64,000 nt of DNA from positions 1,376,001 through 1,440,000 of the forward strand of contig CP166615.1 in the NCBI GenBank assembly GCA_041937175.2, written 5' to 3'. This document shows, piece by piece, positions 61,621-64,000 of the stretch (position 1 is its first letter; each line of letters starts with the position of its first letter). Under the pieces are notes generated by a model, which did no database searches, was not told where the DNA came from, and saw only the letters and a program-made list of their open reading frames with translations. The translations under genes and the position numbers were made by a program. The stretch is from Limnothrix sp. BL-A-16. GTDB lineage: Bacteria > Cyanobacteriota > Cyanobacteriia > CACIAM-69d.

Positions 61621-63020
61621 GCGAGCAAAATCGTCCAGTTGCGGAGCGTGCAGCGCCAAACGCCCTCACGCTCCCACCGCCGGGACGAAGTGAGCACCCG
61701 ATCAGGCAAAATCCGAATCCGCCAGCCCCGCCACCGAATCGATCGCATTAGGGCCACGTCTTCCATAATCGGAATTTCCGGGTAGCCGCCCAATTCTAGA
61801 AACGCCGATCGCCGGATAAAAATCGCCTGATCCCCATAGGGCAATCGGGTGAGGCGCGATCGCACGGAAGCGACTCGGGCGATCGTTCGCAAGATCCACC
61901 GCGACGAGGCGATCGCCAAATCAAACGCCCCACCCACCAGTTGATCCCCTGCGCCGTCGTTGGGGACAAGGGGCTTAAGCCCCTTGCTGCCAAAATTTGG
62001 GGTGTGATCAGGATTTGGAGCAGGATCAAATAATTGACTGATCGATTGAAATGCCGTTGCGGGTAATTGCGTGTCAGCGTGTAGAAATAGCAAGATTTCC
62101 CCTCGGGAGATCGCCGCGCCTGCGTTCATTTGCAGCCCCCGACCTCGTGCCGCCGTGATCCCTCGCACCGGGCGATCGCTCGGTAAATATTGCAAGGTTG
62201 ACCCCGCTAGATCGCCATCTACCACAATCACTTCGTAGGGAATTTGTCCCGAAATTTCCGCTAAGTGATCCAGCGTTTTTTGAATCCATTCCCCTTCATT
62301 CAGCACGGGCATAATCACCGAAAGGGCGATCGGCTGTCGGATTTTTTCCAGCGTTGTAACTGATCGCTTCAGAGCCGGATTCTGCCGATTCAATTGCCAA
62401 AATCGATCTAAATCTTGCGCGTGGTCAATGTCATACCAATGGGGCAGAATTGCGACGGGCTGATTAGCGGATTGGAACCGGGCAATTGTTTCCGCAAAAA
62501 CCGTTTCGGTACTCCAAATCATGTTTTGAAAAATGCTGGGTAAAAGGCGATCGCGCCGAAACCCGACCAAACAATAACCGCCATCTTCCGTGGGGCAAAG
62601 GGTCGCGCCGGTTTCGATTAAGGCTGCGGCCGCTTGGGTCAAAATCACATCGGGTAAATCGGGGCTGTCGCTACCGACGAGCAAGACCCGATCGCTCCCT
62701 CGCTCGAAACAAGTCGTGAACGCCCGCGCCATCCGATCGCCCAAATCCCCATCGCCCTGGGCCACCAGTTGCCGATCGTCGCAGCCCAGCCAATCTTGCA
62801 CGAGCGATCGCCCCGAGTCGGGTGCATAAAACACACGAATATCAGCTTGCTGGGAGTCGGCAAATTCCGTGAGCCGATCGAACCAGTCCCGCCCCATCGA
62901 TCGATAAAATTCCGTCGCAAAATCCGCCCCGATCGTTTTGGCGAGGCGCGATTTCACTTGCCCTAGTTCCGGTGCTTTAACGAAGAGGGCGATCGTTAGT
63001 TCTGAATGGCTCAATTTCAC
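61551..63020 (-). CDS. Fusion of a TIGR04282/DUF2064 (CofC-like) transferase and a TIGR04283-family GT2 glycosyltransferase
   Basis: N-half KAPE.G.VKSRL, Q..GDLG.RM, GSDSPDL, DGGY.L, DID...DL; C-half [40 protein letters not shown]. Confidence 0.85.
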   Translation of the reverse strand: MKLSHSELTIALFVKAPELGQVKSRLAKTIGADFATEFYRSMGRDWFDRLTEFADSQQADIRVFYAPDSGRSLVQDWLGCDDRQLVAQGDGDLGDRMARAFTTCFERGSDRVLLVGSDSPDLPDVILTQAAAALIETGATLCPTEDGGYCLVGFRRDRLLPSIFQNMIWSTETVFAETIARFQSANQPVAILPHWYDIDHAQDLDRFWQLNRQNPALKRSVTTLEKIRQPIALSVIMPVLNEGEWIQKTLDHLAEISGQIPYEVIVVDGDLAGSTLQYLPSDRPVRGITAARGRGLQMNAGAAISRGEILLFLHADTQLPATAFQSISQLFDPAPNPDHTPNFGSKGLKPLVPNDGAGDQLVGGAFDLAIASSRWILRTIARVASVRSRLTRLPYGDQAIFIRRSAFLELGGYPEIPIMEDVALMRSIRWRGWRIRILPDRVLTSSRRWEREGVWRCTLRNWTILLAYFAGVSPWTLLAWYSPERSKAS

Positions 63021-63073
63021 TGGCTCTTATCCATTTGCTATCCTAAAACCTAGAGCGCCAGGACAGTCGCAAT

Positions 63074-63634
63074 ATGATTGCAGTTCCCAGCGGATTTAGT
63101 GCCCCTGAATATTTAGAGCTGGAACAAGCCAGTAGCCAACGCCATGAGTACCGTTATGGCTTGGTCTATGCCATGGCCGGTGGCAGCGGCAACCATAGCG
63201 CCATCTGCATTAATTTGCTGAGTGCAATCCATGGACATTTGCGCCAAACCGATTGCCGATTCTATGGCAGCGACGTGAAAGTCAGCTATGGTGATCGCTT
63301 CTTTTACTATCCCGATGCGTTTGTGACCTGTGACCCACGCGATCGCACCGATCGCTATGTCAAACGCTATCCCAAACTGATTGCGGAAGTGCTATCACCC
63401 TCTACCGAATTATTCGATCGCACCACCAAGTTTGAGGATTATCAAGCGATCGAAACCCTCGAAGAATATGTCTTAATTGACCAAGAAAAAGTCGCCGTGG
63501 AATGTCGGCGACGAGTAGGGGGCGATCGCTGGGAAAGCCAAACCTATCAAGCGGGCGATCGGGTGGAATTAATTAGTATTGGTTTAACTGTGGCGATCGA
63601 GGATCTCTACGCCGGTTTAGATGAAATGTCCTAA
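63074..63634 (+). CDS. Uma2-family endonuclease-like protein
   Basis: HEY..G.VYAMAGGS..H, YYPDAFVTCD, PKLIAEVLSPST, LEEYVLIDQ. Confidence 0.9.
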   Translation: MIAVPSGFSAPEYLELEQASSQRHEYRYGLVYAMAGGSGNHSAICINLLSAIHGHLRQTDCRFYGSDVKVSYGDRFFYYPDAFVTCDPRDRTDRYVKRYPKLIAEVLSPSTELFDRTTKFEDYQAIETLEEYVLIDQEKVAVECRRRVGGDRWESQTYQAGDRVELISIGLTVAIEDLYAGLDEMS

Positions 63635-63694
63635 AAATCATCAATCTAGACAAGGGGCTTCAGCCCCTTGCCTCCCAGAATTCAACGGTCAGAA

Positions 63695-64000
63695 TCAGGT
63701 GGTGTATTCGGCGTTAATCTTCACGTAGTCGTAGCTGAGATCGCAGCCCCAAGCCTTCGCGGAGCCGGGCCCGTCGCCGATGCTGACCCCGATCGCCACG
63801 GTGTCAGTTTTCAGATACTCACCCTCGGCGGCGGACTTCAGGTAGTTGTGCGCCGCCATCCGATCGAACGCCAGCGGTTGCCCGTTTTCCATCAACACGA
63901 TGTCGCCGAGCTGGATTCGCAGGTTGTTTTGATCGAACTTCACGCCAGCGCGACCGGCGGCCCCGGCAATCCGGCCCCAGTTGGGATCACGACCGAAAAT
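63695..64000 (-). CDS. argJ: Bifunctional glutamate N-acetyltransferase / amino-acid acetyltransferase, C-terminal part
   Basis: [14 protein letters not shown] and [19 protein letters not shown]; runs off the window end. Confidence 0.92.
   Translation of the reverse strand: MFGRDPNWGRIAGAAGRAGVKFDQNNLRIQLGDIVLMENGQPLAFDRMAAHNYLKSAAEGEYLKTDTVAIGVSIGDGPGSAKAWGCDLSYDYVKINAEYTT

Larger units (their letters stand above)
4926..63670. repeat. Dispersed 20-bp palindrome family CAAGGGGCT(T/G)(A/C)AGCCCCTTG; copies start at 4926, 8264, 9470, 15015, 15101, 21019, 47766, 53062, 59533, 61967, 63651 (degenerate copy near 22532)
   Basis: Read directly; flanks are oriented (GGG on one side, TCT on the other); the copy at 4926 has a compensatory C-G to T-A change. 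Confidence 0.9.
1..64000. repeat. HIP1 octamer (GCGATCGC) and 1-mismatch variants dispersed throughout
   Basis: Very frequent GCGATCGC/CGATCG in coding and intergenic DNA, a cyanobacterial hallmark; visibly sparse in the IS630 element and in 55.3-56.2 kb. Confidence 0.95.

Overview
Chromosomal segment of a cyanobacterium: the HIP1 octamer GCGATCGC is very dense, and acsF, DUF3086/DUF3119, XisH/XisI and Uma2 genes are present. Most of it is housekeeping genes (gabD partial, speA, ndk, carA, prmC, purT, hisC, proS, rfbB, 5-oxoprolinase, lysC, argJ partial). It also holds a divergent acsF / heme oxygenase-hemN tetrapyrrole cluster, two large secreted TPR-CHAT proteases, one IS630 element, an MNT-HepT toxin-antitoxin pair and several small repeat families. 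The standout is 33.1-39.35 kb. A cobalamin riboswitch there is followed by a 37-codon uORF, a ~380-nt highly base-paired leader and an apparent operon: metE, a hypothetical gene, a minimal cyanophage-like (class Ø-type) ribonucleotide reductase alpha subunit, a ferritin-like beta subunit lacking the radical tyrosine, and a paralog of the first hypothetical gene. This looks like a B12-independent backup module for both methionine and dNTP synthesis. Second is 55.4-58.8 kb, a cassette-like array in which REP-doublet elements separate accessory genes. It includes a duplicated XRE-repressor/effector module whose repressors and operators have diverged while the effectors have not. A 20-bp palindrome (CAAGGGGCTTAAGCCCCTTG) occurs at least 11 times, inside IS5/IS1031-like MITEs and in frame within two proteins. 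All family calls come from motif recognition by eye; no database search was run.
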